From: an uncultured Flavobacteriales bacterium
GTDB taxonomy: Bacteria; Bacteroidota; Bacteroidia; Flavobacteriales_F; PHOS-HE28
DNA: 64,000 nucleotides
Direction: 5' to 3'
Assembly (NCBI GenBank): GCA_963706125.1
Contig: CAVPLQ010000003.1
Span: 151,571-215,570 of the forward strand
Below are positions 29,924 through 41,405 of this stretch, piece after piece. The translations under genes were made by a program, and so were the position numbers. A model generated the notes under the pieces. It was not told the origin of the DNA. It saw nothing but the letters and a program-made list of their open reading frames with translations, and searched no databases. Numbering within the stretch: the stretch's first letter is position 1; each line of letters starts with the position of its first letter.

Positions 29924-31396
29924 ATGACGCAGATGGACGCAGATAAAAGCCGATCCACCCTGAAGTTCTCTGCGTCTCTGCGCCTCGGCGGCCTTTTGAG
30001 AGCGGCACTTGCGGTTTTTGTAGTTCTCCTCTGCATCTCCTTGCTGAAGTACTTCTGGCTTGCAGGCCATGCACACCCCGTGGCAGATGACTTCTGCTAT
30101 GCGGCCAAGTCGCGCGGGGCTTCGCTGTGGGCCTGGAGCTATTCCGAATGGATGTACTGGAATGGCCGCTATGCCAGCAATTTGTTGATGATCCATGGGC
30201 CGCTCAGTTGGTCCTCCGACTTCCTGCCCGGTTATCGGGCGGTGCCGGTCCTGTTGATCGTGCTCACGTTCTTGAGCATTTGGTTCATCCTTCGCCGCGC
30301 CACCCAGCATGCGCTTTCAACCGGCCGGGAACTGTTGGGGGCGCTCGGTTTTTGGGCGCTCTACCTCAACCTGATGCCGGACCTTGGAGAGGGCTTTTAC
30401 TGGTACACCGGCGCGGTGACGTACCAACTGGGAAGCATCCTGATGCTCCTGCACCTTGGCTTGCTTTGCGGTTGTTCCCGAAAAGGATGGCAGGGTGCGT
30501 TGAACCTGTTGGTGAACATCGTGCTCGCGGTGGCGATCGTTGGCATGGACGAGATCCACATGCTGTTGATGGTATGCCTGCATGCCGTTCGTTTCATTGG
30601 GCTACTTCGGAGGCGTTCCGGTATTGGGGCGGGCCTAGTGCTATTGGCCGCGGTGGCGGGCGGCGCGGCGCTGATGTACTTCGCCCCGGGCAATGCCGTG
30701 CGCGGAGGCATGTTCGCGGACACGCATCTGTTTTGGCGATCGCTCGGCATGAGCGCTTTGCAGGCGGTCAGGTTCATCGGCACATGGGTGCTCTCCCCTG
30801 CCCTACTGGCGTTCAGCGTGCTCTACATCCCGGTCCATCGCTACCTTCGGGAACATGTGCCAGCCATGAAAAATGTGCTGCGCTTGTCCCCATGGATCAT
30901 CGCATTGTTGCCTTTTTTCCTCGTGATGGCCAGCACATTCCCCGCCTATTGGGGCACCGGGCTGCTCGGCCAGCACCGCACGATCAATGTGGCGTGCCTG
31001 TTCTTTATCCCGCTCTGGTTCCTCAACCTTTCACTATGGCTGGAGCGAAGGCCGCTGCGGAAGTTAGCGGACATGAAGCTGCCGCCGAGGGCGATCGGCA
31101 TCGCCATGGTGCTCGCACTGCTGGGACTGAACCTTACAGGGAACGGATATGCGGCCAATTCGGACCTGTTCAGCGGGCGCGCCATGAACTACGACCGCGT
31201 CATGCTAAAGCGGGAGACTGAGGTGCGCGCGGCAGCGCAGGATCCCTCGACCCGTGTGACCTTCATCCGCCTGCCAGACCCACCACGGACGTTGCCCAGC
31301 TATGAGGAACTTGGTCCGTTGCGCAGATGGATGGTGGATTGCGAGGCACGGTTTTTTGGGGCGGAAGAGCGGCAGGTGGGCATGGGTATTGAGTGA
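29924..31396 (+). CDS. Polytopic integral membrane protein, a candidate GT-C-fold glycosyltransferase and the GtrC/ArnT-like partner of the adjacent GT2
   Basis: It has at least 10 predicted TM helices. The first extracytoplasmic loop carries an acidic HPVADDF motif, as in the GT-C fold. It lies between a GtrB-like GT2 and a GT4. Confidence 0.45.
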   Translation: MTQMDADKSRSTLKFSASLRLGGLLRAALAVFVVLLCISLLKYFWLAGHAHPVADDFCYAAKSRGASLWAWSYSEWMYWNGRYASNLLMIHGPLSWSSDFLPGYRAVPVLLIVLTFLSIWFILRRATQHALSTGRELLGALGFWALYLNLMPDLGEGFYWYTGAVTYQLGSILMLLHLGLLCGCSRKGWQGALNLLVNIVLAVAIVGMDEIHMLLMVCLHAVRFIGLLRRRSGIGAGLVLLAAVAGGAALMYFAPGNAVRGGMFADTHLFWRSLGMSALQAVRFIGTWVLSPALLAFSVLYIPVHRYLREHVPAMKNVLRLSPWIIALLPFFLVMASTFPAYWGTGLLGQHRTINVACLFFIPLWFLNLSLWLERRPLRKLADMKLPPRAIGIAMVLALLGLNLTGNGYAANSDLFSGRAMNYDRVMLKRETEVRAAAQDPSTRVTFIRLPDPPRTLPSYEELGPLRRWMVDCEARFFGAEERQVGMGIE

Positions 31397-31576
31397 GCGA
31401 GGTTCACCACAGGGGCACGGGGACACAGAGAACGCATACTTCTTCTTTACCTGCTCAAGGGTGAGGGAAACCGCAACGTGCGCAACGGAATACCCGATAT
31501 GCAGGAGTAGCCAGTTGCTCCAACGTCGTTGCGGGCATTGCGGTAGAGAAACGATGCCTGAGGCATCCTATCACGG

Positions 31577-32692
31577 TCACGAAAGGTCCGAAGTGAAGAC
31601 CACCAATCCCTTCGCAAAGCGTTCCCACGAAAGCTCCTCATGCAAGGCAGCAATGTTCGCACGCAGGGCAGAAGGGGCTTGGTCGAAGAACTGCTCGATC
31701 CCCTTCGCGATCGCGTTGGCTGTCACCACCGGAACGACCACACCGGTGCGGCCATGGTCCAACGCCTCCTTCAATCCACCAACATCCGTGGCGATAACGG
31801 GCACGCCGAAGTGGTAAGCGATCGCCGTAATACCGCTTTGGGTGGCGCTCCTGTAGGGCAGAACCACGGCATCGGCGGCACTGAAGAAGCTTGGCACCTC
31901 TACATCGGCAATGAAGCGGGTGTGCAGATGGATGTGCCCACGCTGTGGGCTGGCTTCGATAAGTCGTTTGTACTCGCCGAAGTCACCATACGGTTCACCG
32001 GCGACCACCAGATGGTAGCGTTCATCCAATTTCCCGAAGGCCTCGATCAGCAGGTCCAGCCCCTTGTATTCGCGGATCAGTCCGAAGAAAAGCAGCACGC
32101 GGGCCTCTTCCGGCAGACCCAGCTCCCGTCGCGCCTCCCCTTGTGCCAGCGGTGCCCCGAAATGGTCGTAAAGCGGATGTGGCATCAGCTTCACTTTTGC
32201 TGATGGGCACAGGGACCGGATGTCTTCTCCCACCGCCTCCGTCATGGCGATGAAGCCGTCGTTCCTGCGCAGGAACCAGCGGGTGAGCGGCCGGTCGTAG
32301 AAGTGCGGTTCATGCGGCAACGCATTGTCCACGATGGTGATCACCTTCACGCCGTTCTTCCGCAAGGTTGCGGCGACCGTGCCCATGGCCGGGGCGAAGA
32401 AGGGCATCCAGTAACGCAACACCGCCACGTCGGGCCTGGCCTCCAACATGCGTTGCGCGGCGCGCTTCCAGCTCAACGGGTTGATACTGTCCAGCACCCT
32501 GACGGCCCCGATGTCGTCCGTATTTTCTGTGTCGTACTGTGAGGTGCCAGGGAACAGCAGATCCGGATATTGGCGGGTGAAGGTGAATGCCTGCACGTCA
32601 TGCTCCTTCCGCAGCTCACGCACCAACGATGTGCTGAACTGCGCGATGCCGCCACGGTAGGGCGGGAAGGCGGAGAGGAAGGAGAAACGCAT
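31577..32692 (-). CDS. GT4-family (GT-B fold) glycosyltransferase
   Basis: The C-terminal sequence is EPYGDFGEYKRL...VLPYRSATQSGITAIAYHFGVPVIATDVGGLKE (EX7E-like). Confidence 0.7.
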   Translation of the reverse strand: MRFSFLSAFPPYRGGIAQFSTSLVRELRKEHDVQAFTFTRQYPDLLFPGTSQYDTENTDDIGAVRVLDSINPLSWKRAAQRMLEARPDVAVLRYWMPFFAPAMGTVAATLRKNGVKVITIVDNALPHEPHFYDRPLTRWFLRRNDGFIAMTEAVGEDIRSLCPSAKVKLMPHPLYDHFGAPLAQGEARRELGLPEEARVLLFFGLIREYKGLDLLIEAFGKLDERYHLVVAGEPYGDFGEYKRLIEASPQRGHIHLHTRFIADVEVPSFFSAADAVVLPYRSATQSGITAIAYHFGVPVIATDVGGLKEALDHGRTGVVVPVVTANAIAKGIEQFFDQAPSALRANIAALHEELSWERFAKGLVVFTSDLS

Positions 32693-32944
32693 GGTGCGGC
32701 CTTAATGGACCGTGCGAAGATGGGGAATGTGACCCAGCGGTCGTGTGCTGGGCCGTTCAACACCCTTTCCGCGTGGGCCGGGGACCGATATGAGGGCAAG
32801 GAATTATGCCCGCCCCCCCGGATCCCCTAACATTGCATGGTAAGATCCGTCCGCCTTCCACATTTTCTTGTTGGGATGTTTTCCGGAGGCCTGCCGTACT
32901 CCAACTGACGACCACAACCTTCGCTAGGATAAATTGCATACGAT

Positions 32945-35881
32945 ATGACCCGATCCGCGCTTTTCCTACCCTTCGCCCTTTTTGGTCTAATGGCGCCCGC
33001 CTTTACGGCCGAGGCCGCCGACTTGCCCGCGCCGGGCGCTCCGGCCATGCCGGGCGGGGGCGTCCCGGTCAACGACCTGTGCTCCAATATCACCCCCGAG
33101 GCGCTGACCATGGGAAGCAGCCTCTCCTTTTCAGGTGATAACACCAACGCCACCTTCGATGGGGATGCCGTGCCGGGTTCCCTGTTGGACCAGTTCCCCT
33201 TCCCGGACACGTGGCATGCCTTCACCACCACCGAATGCACCAGTGTGACCGTGAGCTACTGCGCCACGGACAGCGGCTGGAGCAATGTGTGGCGCCTGCT
33301 CACCACCCAATGCCCGGCCGATTCCGTGATCCAAGCATCCAACTCCGATCAGACCACCTGCGCGAATGGTAACTGGACCTTCAGCTTCAACCAGTTGGCA
33401 CCGGGCACTTATTACCTGCCAGTACCCCATGTGGGCTTCGGCCAAGGTGGTGGCCCTTATAACATCCAAGTGAGCGCTACGGCCTGTAGTAATGACCTCT
33501 GCTCCAACATCAGTCCCGAGACGCTTGCTATCGGCGGCACGCTCAACTTCATCGGTGACAACACCAATGCCACATTCCCCGGTGATGCCGAACCCGGATC
33601 ACTCTTGGATCAGTTCCCATTCCCGAACACTTGGCATGCCTTCACCACCACCGAATGCACCCGCGTGACCGTGAGCTATTGCGCTACGGACAGCGGCTGG
33701 AGCAACGTATGGCGCCTGCTCACCACCCAATGTCCGGCCGATTCGGTGATCCAAGCCTCGAGCTCCGATCAGACCACCTGTGCAAATGGCAATTGGACCT
33801 TCAGCTTCGACCAGTTGGCACCCGGCACCTATTACCTGCCTGTGCCCAATGTGGGCTTCGGCCAGGGAGGAGGGTCGTACAGCATCGAAGTGAACGCCGC
33901 CCCGTGCAGCAATGACTTCTGTGCCAATGTGATCCCTGTGGCGCTGGCAATAGGCGGATCGCTGACCTTCACGGGCAACAACACCAATGCCACCTTCAAC
34001 GGGGATGCCGTACCGGGATTCCTTCTGGACCAGTTTCCCTTCCCCAATACTTGGCATGCCTTCACCACTACCGAATGCACTCGTGTAACCGTGAGCTACT
34101 GCGCAACTGACAGTGGCTGGAGCAATGTGTGGCGTCTGCTCACCACCCAATGCCCGGCCGATTCGGTGATCCAAGCCTCCAGCACCGATCAAACCACCTG
34201 CGCCAATGGCAACTGGACCTTCAGTTTCGACGAGCTGGCGGCGGGCACCTATTTCTTGCCGGTACCCAATGTGGGCTTTGGCCAAGGCGGAGGGCCATAT
34301 ACCATCAACGTGAATGCTGCGCCCTGTAGCAATGACTTCTGTATCAATGTTATCCCGGCCGCACTAACGATCGGCGGTTCGTTGACCTTCACGGGCAATA
34401 ACACCAATGCCACCTTCGACGGGGATGCCGTACCGGGCTCCCTGCTGGACCAATTCCCTTTCCCGAACACCTGGCACGCCTTCACCACCACCGAATGCAC
34501 CAGCGTGACGGTGAGCTACTGTGCCACCGACAGCGGCTGGAGCAACGTATGGCGCCTGCTCACCACGCAATGCCCTGCGGAATCGGTGATCAATGCTACC
34601 TCCATGGATACCACCACCTGTGCAAATGGCAATTGGACCTTCAGCTTCGACGAACTTGCTGCGGGCACCTATTACTTGCCTGTTCCGAACGTGGGCTTTG
34701 GCCAGGGTGGTGGAGCTTATGACATCAGTGTCAGCGCGGCGCCGTGCAGTAATGACCTGTGCGCCAATGTGATCGCGCAGCCGATCGCGATAGGCGGCTC
34801 TCTGATCTTCACGGGCAACAACACCAATGCCACCTTCGACGGGGATGCCGTACCGGGATCACTGCTTGCCCAGTTCCCCTTCCCGAACACCTGGCACGCC
34901 TTCACCACCACCGAATGCGCCACCATGGTGATCGACTATTGCAACACGGACAGCGGCTGGAGCAACGTGTGGCGGTTGCTCACTACTCAATGTCCTGCGA
35001 ACACTGTGATCAACGCTTCCAATGCGGATACGATCACCTGCGCCAACGGGAACTGGACCATCCGCTTCACCAATTTGCCATCAGGCACCTATTACCTGCC
35101 CGTGCCGAACACCGGCTTTGGCCAAGGAGGTGGCGCGTACACCATCGAAGTGAGCGCGGTGCTGTGCTCCGACCTTCCACCGGCGTATGACCTATGCGCC
35201 GATGTGACGGCTGCAGCCCTCGCCGTGGACAGTACGCTCAACTTCACCGGCGACAACACCAATGCGACTTTCGCAGGAGATGCTGCGCCGGGTACGATAC
35301 TGGACCAATATCCCTTCCCCAACACATGGCATGCCTTCACCGTCAGCGAATGCTCCGACGTTTCGGTCAGCTATTGCACTACTGACAGCGGTTGGAGCAA
35401 CGTATGGCAGCTGCTCACCACGGATTGCCCTGCGGATTCCATCATCAATGTCTACGGCGCCGACACGACAAGTTGTGGCAACGGCAACTGGACATTCAGC
35501 TTCCACCAATTACAACCCGGCACGTACTACCTGCCGGTGCCAAATACCGGCTTCGGCCAAGGAGGTGGGGCGTACAACATCGATGTGAGCGCAGCGGCCT
35601 GCGTCCCTGACCATGTGAGGGACGCGAACAGCTCTGGCGATTGGTCCGTCTTCCCCAATCCCACCAATGGCGAGGTGACCATTATCGCGCCGCGTGACAT
35701 GGGAACGGCCACATTGGAGTTGATCGAAATGACCGGCCGCACGATGTACCGCACACAACTGGTGATGACCGCCGGCAACTCCCATCAATTGTCGCTCGCC
35801 AGGCACATCGCCCCCGGTACGTATGCGCTCCGCATGACCACCGCGAACGGGCGAAGCACACAGCTGTTGATCCTGAAGTGA
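32945..35881 (+). CDS. T9SS cargo protein composed of seven tandem Cys-rich modules of about 140 aa from an unrecognised family, followed by a Por_Secre_tail C-terminal domain
   Basis: It has a signal peptide. Seven repeats read CSNDxCxNIxPExLxIGGxLxFxGDNTNATFxGDAxPGSLLDQFPFPNTWHAFTTTECTxVTVSYCATDSGWSNVWRLLTTQCPADSVIxAS..TTCANGNWTFSFxxLAxGTYYLPVPNVGFGQGGGxYxIxV. The T9SS C-terminal domain reads WSVFPNPTNGEVTII...GTYALRM...LLILK. Confidence 0.75.
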   Translation: MTRSALFLPFALFGLMAPAFTAEAADLPAPGAPAMPGGGVPVNDLCSNITPEALTMGSSLSFSGDNTNATFDGDAVPGSLLDQFPFPDTWHAFTTTECTSVTVSYCATDSGWSNVWRLLTTQCPADSVIQASNSDQTTCANGNWTFSFNQLAPGTYYLPVPHVGFGQGGGPYNIQVSATACSNDLCSNISPETLAIGGTLNFIGDNTNATFPGDAEPGSLLDQFPFPNTWHAFTTTECTRVTVSYCATDSGWSNVWRLLTTQCPADSVIQASSSDQTTCANGNWTFSFDQLAPGTYYLPVPNVGFGQGGGSYSIEVNAAPCSNDFCANVIPVALAIGGSLTFTGNNTNATFNGDAVPGFLLDQFPFPNTWHAFTTTECTRVTVSYCATDSGWSNVWRLLTTQCPADSVIQASSTDQTTCANGNWTFSFDELAAGTYFLPVPNVGFGQGGGPYTINVNAAPCSNDFCINVIPAALTIGGSLTFTGNNTNATFDGDAVPGSLLDQFPFPNTWHAFTTTECTSVTVSYCATDSGWSNVWRLLTTQCPAESVINATSMDTTTCANGNWTFSFDELAAGTYYLPVPNVGFGQGGGAYDISVSAAPCSNDLCANVIAQPIAIGGSLIFTGNNTNATFDGDAVPGSLLAQFPFPNTWHAFTTTECATMVIDYCNTDSGWSNVWRLLTTQCPANTVINASNADTITCANGNWTIRFTNLPSGTYYLPVPNTGFGQGGGAYTIEVSAVLCSDLPPAYDLCADVTAAALAVDSTLNFTGDNTNATFAGDAAPGTILDQYPFPNTWHAFTVSECSDVSVSYCTTDSGWSNVWQLLTTDCPADSIINVYGADTTSCGNGNWTFSFHQLQPGTYYLPVPNTGFGQGGGAYNIDVSAAACVPDHVRDANSSGDWSVFPNPTNGEVTIIAPRDMGTATLELIEMTGRTMYRTQLVMTAGNSHQLSLARHIAPGTYALRMTTANGRSTQLLILK
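33079..35610 (+). repeat. Seven direct repeats with a period of 420 bp. The sixth copy carries a 9-bp insertion. Copies 2 to 5 are nearly identical.
   Basis: Repeat starts fall at about 33079, 33499, 33919, 34339, 34759, 35188. Confidence 0.7.
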
Positions 35882-35918
35882 TCAGAGGAGGTGGTCAACC
35901 TCCGCTCCTCGGCAACAA

Positions 35919-35963
35919 CTCCCGCAAGGTCCCGATCCGGTGATCTTGCGGGAGTTTCGTTTT
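35919..35963 (+). terminator. Rho-independent terminator after the repeat-protein gene
   Basis: CTCCCGCAAG-gtcccgatccggtgat-CTTGCGGGAG is followed by TTTCGTTTT. Confidence 0.6.
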
Positions 35964-36056
35964 AAGTGTGGACCAGTACGCCGCTGGTAAAGTCTCAAGC
36001 CTCGATGCATAACGCTAGCTGAGCGATCGAACCGAAATAGCGACCACCTTTGCCCT

Positions 36057-36441
36057 ATGCAGATCGAATTCATCCTCTACGTCGCGGACCAGTCTGCCAG
36101 CAGGGACTTCTATCGTGCCTTGTTGGCAAAGGAACCCGCCTTGGACGTGCCGGGCATGACCGGTTTCGACCTTAACGGATGCCGGTTGGGCCTGATGCCG
36201 ACTGCGGGCATCGCGAAGATCGATCACCCCTGTCCTGCCCCATCCGGATACCGCTCACGCCGTGCCTCGTTGTGAGCTGTACCTGCCGGTGACCGACCTG
36301 GACAAGGCGATAGAGCGCGGGCTGGCGGCTGGCGCGGTGCTGGTCTCGCCCCCGGCAGACCGGGATTGGGGCCACCGCGTGGGCTACCTCGCGGACCGGG
36401 ACGGGCATGTGGTGGCGCTGGCAGAGGCCGGGAGTGAATGA
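36057..36441 (+). pseudogene. VOC (glyoxalase / bleomycin-resistance-fold) family protein with one frameshift near 36225-36245
   Basis: The N-terminal half, MQIEFILYVADQSASRDFYRALLAKEPALDVPGMTGFDLNGCRLGLMPTAGIAKI, is in one frame. The C-terminal half, ...ELYLPVTDLDKAIERGLAAGAVLVSPPADRDWGHRVGYLADRDGHVVALAE, is in the +1 frame. Confidence 0.5.
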
Positions 36442-36458
36442 GGCCGCCTTGGGTCACA

Positions 36459-38312
<1,854 letters not shown>

Positions 38313-38487
38313 GGCGATCGAAGGTTGGCCAAGGTATCCGGCCCGCTCCAACGTGCTTTGGAACAGTGGACTTAGTTTTCAACCCGGACATGGCAACCTG
38401 CCACCTACCTCCAAATGGGTATTTTGCGGCGCCACCGACAATTCGGGCCGATCGCCCCCTACCTTTAATGCCCGTGCCACACACGCC

Positions 38488-39279
38488 ATGAACGACATTC
38501 TCTGCCCCACCGATCTGAGCGAAACCTCGCTGAAGGGAGTACACTATGCGGACCTTCTGGCCGCACGGTTTGACGGCTCGGTCTCGCTCCTGCATGTGAT
38601 GGTTAAAAAGGAGCTCACTGAAGATGGCCGCAGCAAAGCAAAGGACCGCATGGCGCACCAGCGCTCGCAGATAACGAAGTCGCCAGCGGTGGTACACTTT
38701 CGGGAAGGCGACTTCATTTCGGAGATCGCCGACGAGAGCAAGAACGGGCACCGTCTCATGGTGTGCGCCACCCATGGGCTTCGGGGTCTCCGGCAATCAC
38801 TTTTCGGGTCGGACATCCTGAAGCTGGTCCGCAACGTGGAGCTTCCAACCTTGGTGGTGCAGGCACAAAGCCCGGTCGAGAATGCCTTTCCGGTGATCGT
38901 GATGCCGGTGGCCGCACACGCAGGGATCGATCATCTACTGACAGTGGTGTCCATGCTGGCAAAGGCCTTTGGCAGCGCCGTCCACATCTACCAGTTGGTC
39001 AGGCCGGGGGAAGTTCCCAGCGACGAGTTGATCGCCAACAAGGCCCGCATGGTGGAATGGCTGGAAAAGGAGGGTATCCCGGTGAAGACCGTGGAGGAGC
39101 CCAGCACCTCGTTCTCCGTCGGCTTTTCCTGGCCCACCATCGACTATGCGAAGCGCGTGGGGGCCGGATGCATCGCCATCATGTCGGTGGCCTCGGAAGA
39201 ATATCGTTACATCGCTGATGCGGAGAAGGAACGCCTGCTCACCAACGAGCCGGGGATACCGGTGTTGTGCGCGAAGTAG
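38488..39279 (+). CDS. Tandem universal stress protein (UspA-family)
   Basis: Two Usp domains. Sequence includes HVMVKKE...VCATHGLRG...LVRNVELPTLVV. Confidence 0.6.
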   Translation: MNDILCPTDLSETSLKGVHYADLLAARFDGSVSLLHVMVKKELTEDGRSKAKDRMAHQRSQITKSPAVVHFREGDFISEIADESKNGHRLMVCATHGLRGLRQSLFGSDILKLVRNVELPTLVVQAQSPVENAFPVIVMPVAAHAGIDHLLTVVSMLAKAFGSAVHIYQLVRPGEVPSDELIANKARMVEWLEKEGIPVKTVEEPSTSFSVGFSWPTIDYAKRVGAGCIAIMSVASEEYRYIADAEKERLLTNEPGIPVLCAK

Positions 39280-39392
39280 TTGTCCGTTCCCAGTTGTCAG
39301 TTGTCAGGGGTGCCGCATTGAACCCATTCCAAGTTTTTCATTTTCCCTCCGATTTTTATCGGGGCTACATTTTTCATTTCAATCCCTCCTTC

Positions 39393-39971
39393 ATGGAACC
39401 GAACGCCGACTTTTGGAAGGAACGCTATGCCACAGGTGACACGCGATGGGACCTCGGTGCTGTGAGCACGCCGCTGAAGGTTTACTTCGATCAGCTCGCC
39501 AATAAGGACCTGCGGATCTTGATCCCCGGCGGAGGCCGGTCCTACGAGGCGGAATACCTGCACCGATCGGGCTTCCGGAACATCCTCGCCCTGGACCTTG
39601 CGGAAGCGCCGCTCGAGGACCTGCTCCAGCGCTGCCCGGACTTCCCGCGTGAGCACCTGATCGTCGGTGATTTCTTCCACCATCAAGGGCAGTACGACCG
39701 CATCATCGAGCAGACCTTCTTTTGTGCGCTGCACCCGAGGTTCAGGACGAGTTATGTGGACCGGATGCACGAACTGCTCGTTCCCGGCGGCATGCTCACG
39801 GGCGTGCTCTTCGATGACCCCATGGACACGGATCACCCTCCCTATGGTGGCGATGCCGGGGAATACCGGCAGGTTTTCGGCCACAAATTCCAGGAATTGA
39901 AGCTGAGCCCCTGCTATAACTCCATAGAGCCACGTGCCGGACGGGAGCTGTGGCTACGAGCGGTGAAGTAG
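39393..39971 (+). CDS. SAM-dependent methyltransferase, thiopurine S-methyltransferase-like
   Basis: It begins WKERYATGDTRWDLGAVSTPL and has a motif I region LRILIPGGGRSYEAEYL. Confidence 0.55.
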   Translation: MEPNADFWKERYATGDTRWDLGAVSTPLKVYFDQLANKDLRILIPGGGRSYEAEYLHRSGFRNILALDLAEAPLEDLLQRCPDFPREHLIVGDFFHHQGQYDRIIEQTFFCALHPRFRTSYVDRMHELLVPGGMLTGVLFDDPMDTDHPPYGGDAGEYRQVFGHKFQELKLSPCYNSIEPRAGRELWLRAVK

Positions 39972-39978
39972 ACGTAGC

Positions 39979-40629
39979 TTGTTGCGTTTCTTCGTTCCCA
40001 TGTCCCTTTCGCAGCCATTTCCCACCACTGGCCTTCTTCCTAATGGGTGGGCGCGGAATTTCATCACCGGGCTGTTGTTCAGTGCGATCGTGGATGCCTC
40101 CGCACAAGAGGTGCGCTTCATGGTCCTCAAGGGTGACGACCCCGTGGTCAGTATCCGGGCTTCGCGCTCCATTGCTGCCGAGCGCACCTCCTACCTCATC
40201 ACCTCTTCCGCGGAACTGTGGATGATCTGGAAACAGGAGGTGGAGACGTCAATGGCCGCGGAATACACCGGAGGAACTCTTTGGTCCAGCAGTTTCACAC
40301 TGATCGTGAACGGCAACATGCGCGATTCCAGCCGGATGTCCTCAAATGCCTACGGTAAGTGGGCCTACGTGCATCCCGATGCCCCGCACCCCTATCGGAG
40401 CACGAGCCAATGGACCACCGCACGGATGTACTTCGAAGAACCGATCGGGCAATCCTTCATCATGGTGGAAAGCGTATTGCACGACTGCCCGATACGCCGC
40501 ACCGGGCTAGGCATCTATGAAGTGACGTTGCCGAACAACGACCGCAACCAGTACGTCTACAGGGGTGGTAAACTGATGGAGGTGCAGGTGGACCGCCTGC
40601 TCATCAACCTTGTTTTCCGCAGGGCGTGA
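39979..40629 (+). CDS. Hypothetical protein
   Basis: Open frame with coding-like composition. No recognisable family. Confidence 0.4.
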   Translation: MLRFFVPMSLSQPFPTTGLLPNGWARNFITGLLFSAIVDASAQEVRFMVLKGDDPVVSIRASRSIAAERTSYLITSSAELWMIWKQEVETSMAAEYTGGTLWSSSFTLIVNGNMRDSSRMSSNAYGKWAYVHPDAPHPYRSTSQWTTARMYFEEPIGQSFIMVESVLHDCPIRRTGLGIYEVTLPNNDRNQYVYRGGKLMEVQVDRLLINLVFRRA

Positions 40630-40649
40630 GCGCCGAAGGACATTGTGCC

Positions 40650-41348
40650 CTATCGCCCGGTCAGATACAGATAGTCGGCGAGCAGCGCACGAAGGAATTT
40701 CTCAGGGTCTGCTTGGTGCTCCAGTGTAAATTCCTCTTGGAACCGGTTGGCGAGCTTCAACACAGCGACCGGTTTGGCGGCGCTGGTATTGCCGAGCACT
40801 TCCTTGATGAGCCGTGCTTGCTCGTCCGTGAGGCGCGCAGCTTCCCGGAACTCCACCTCATGCCCTTCGGGAACATCCGTCAGCAGCGTATCTTCCAAGG
40901 AGAAGCGTTGTTTGAGGGAGATCACCGTGGTGCCCGCCGCAATGTCGCCGAGCCGCTGCCCCTTGCCGTTGAAGAGGATCACCACTGCGCCGAGGAAGAA
41001 GAGCGCGTCCACCATGCGGAGCATCCAGCGCAGCAGGTAATGGCCCAAGCCGGGCTGCCCCCCGTCCAGGCGGGCCACCTTGATGTTGCGCGCGCGCTTG
41101 CCGAGGCTCTGCCCGTCCATCAGCAGCTCGCTCACTAGGTGGTAGAAGGTCCACGGAACGCCAAAAAGGATGACCTGGACCCATTGCGGTGGCTCGATAT
41201 GGAGCTTGTTGCCCAGCATCACCAAGGCGATCGTCCACCCTGCGAGCAGCAGCCAATCGATCACCACGGCGAAGCCCCGGTCCACGATGGTGGCCACCTC
41301 GTAGTGCAGGGCCACGTTCTGCGTGGTCTCGATGTGGACGGTCTCCAT
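40650..41348 (-). CDS. RDD-family membrane protein
   Basis: TM segments with an RDD-like motif (LMDGQSLGKRARNIKVARLDG). Confidence 0.6.
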   Translation of the reverse strand: METVHIETTQNVALHYEVATIVDRGFAVVIDWLLLAGWTIALVMLGNKLHIEPPQWVQVILFGVPWTFYHLVSELLMDGQSLGKRARNIKVARLDGGQPGLGHYLLRWMLRMVDALFFLGAVVILFNGKGQRLGDIAAGTTVISLKQRFSLEDTLLTDVPEGHEVEFREAARLTDEQARLIKEVLGNTSAAKPVAVLKLANRFQEEFTLEHQADPEKFLRALLADYLYLTGR

Positions 41349-41405
41349 GGCGGGCCGCAAAATAGGGTAACGGAGGAACGTTATGTTTGCTCAAGTGATC
41401 TGCAC

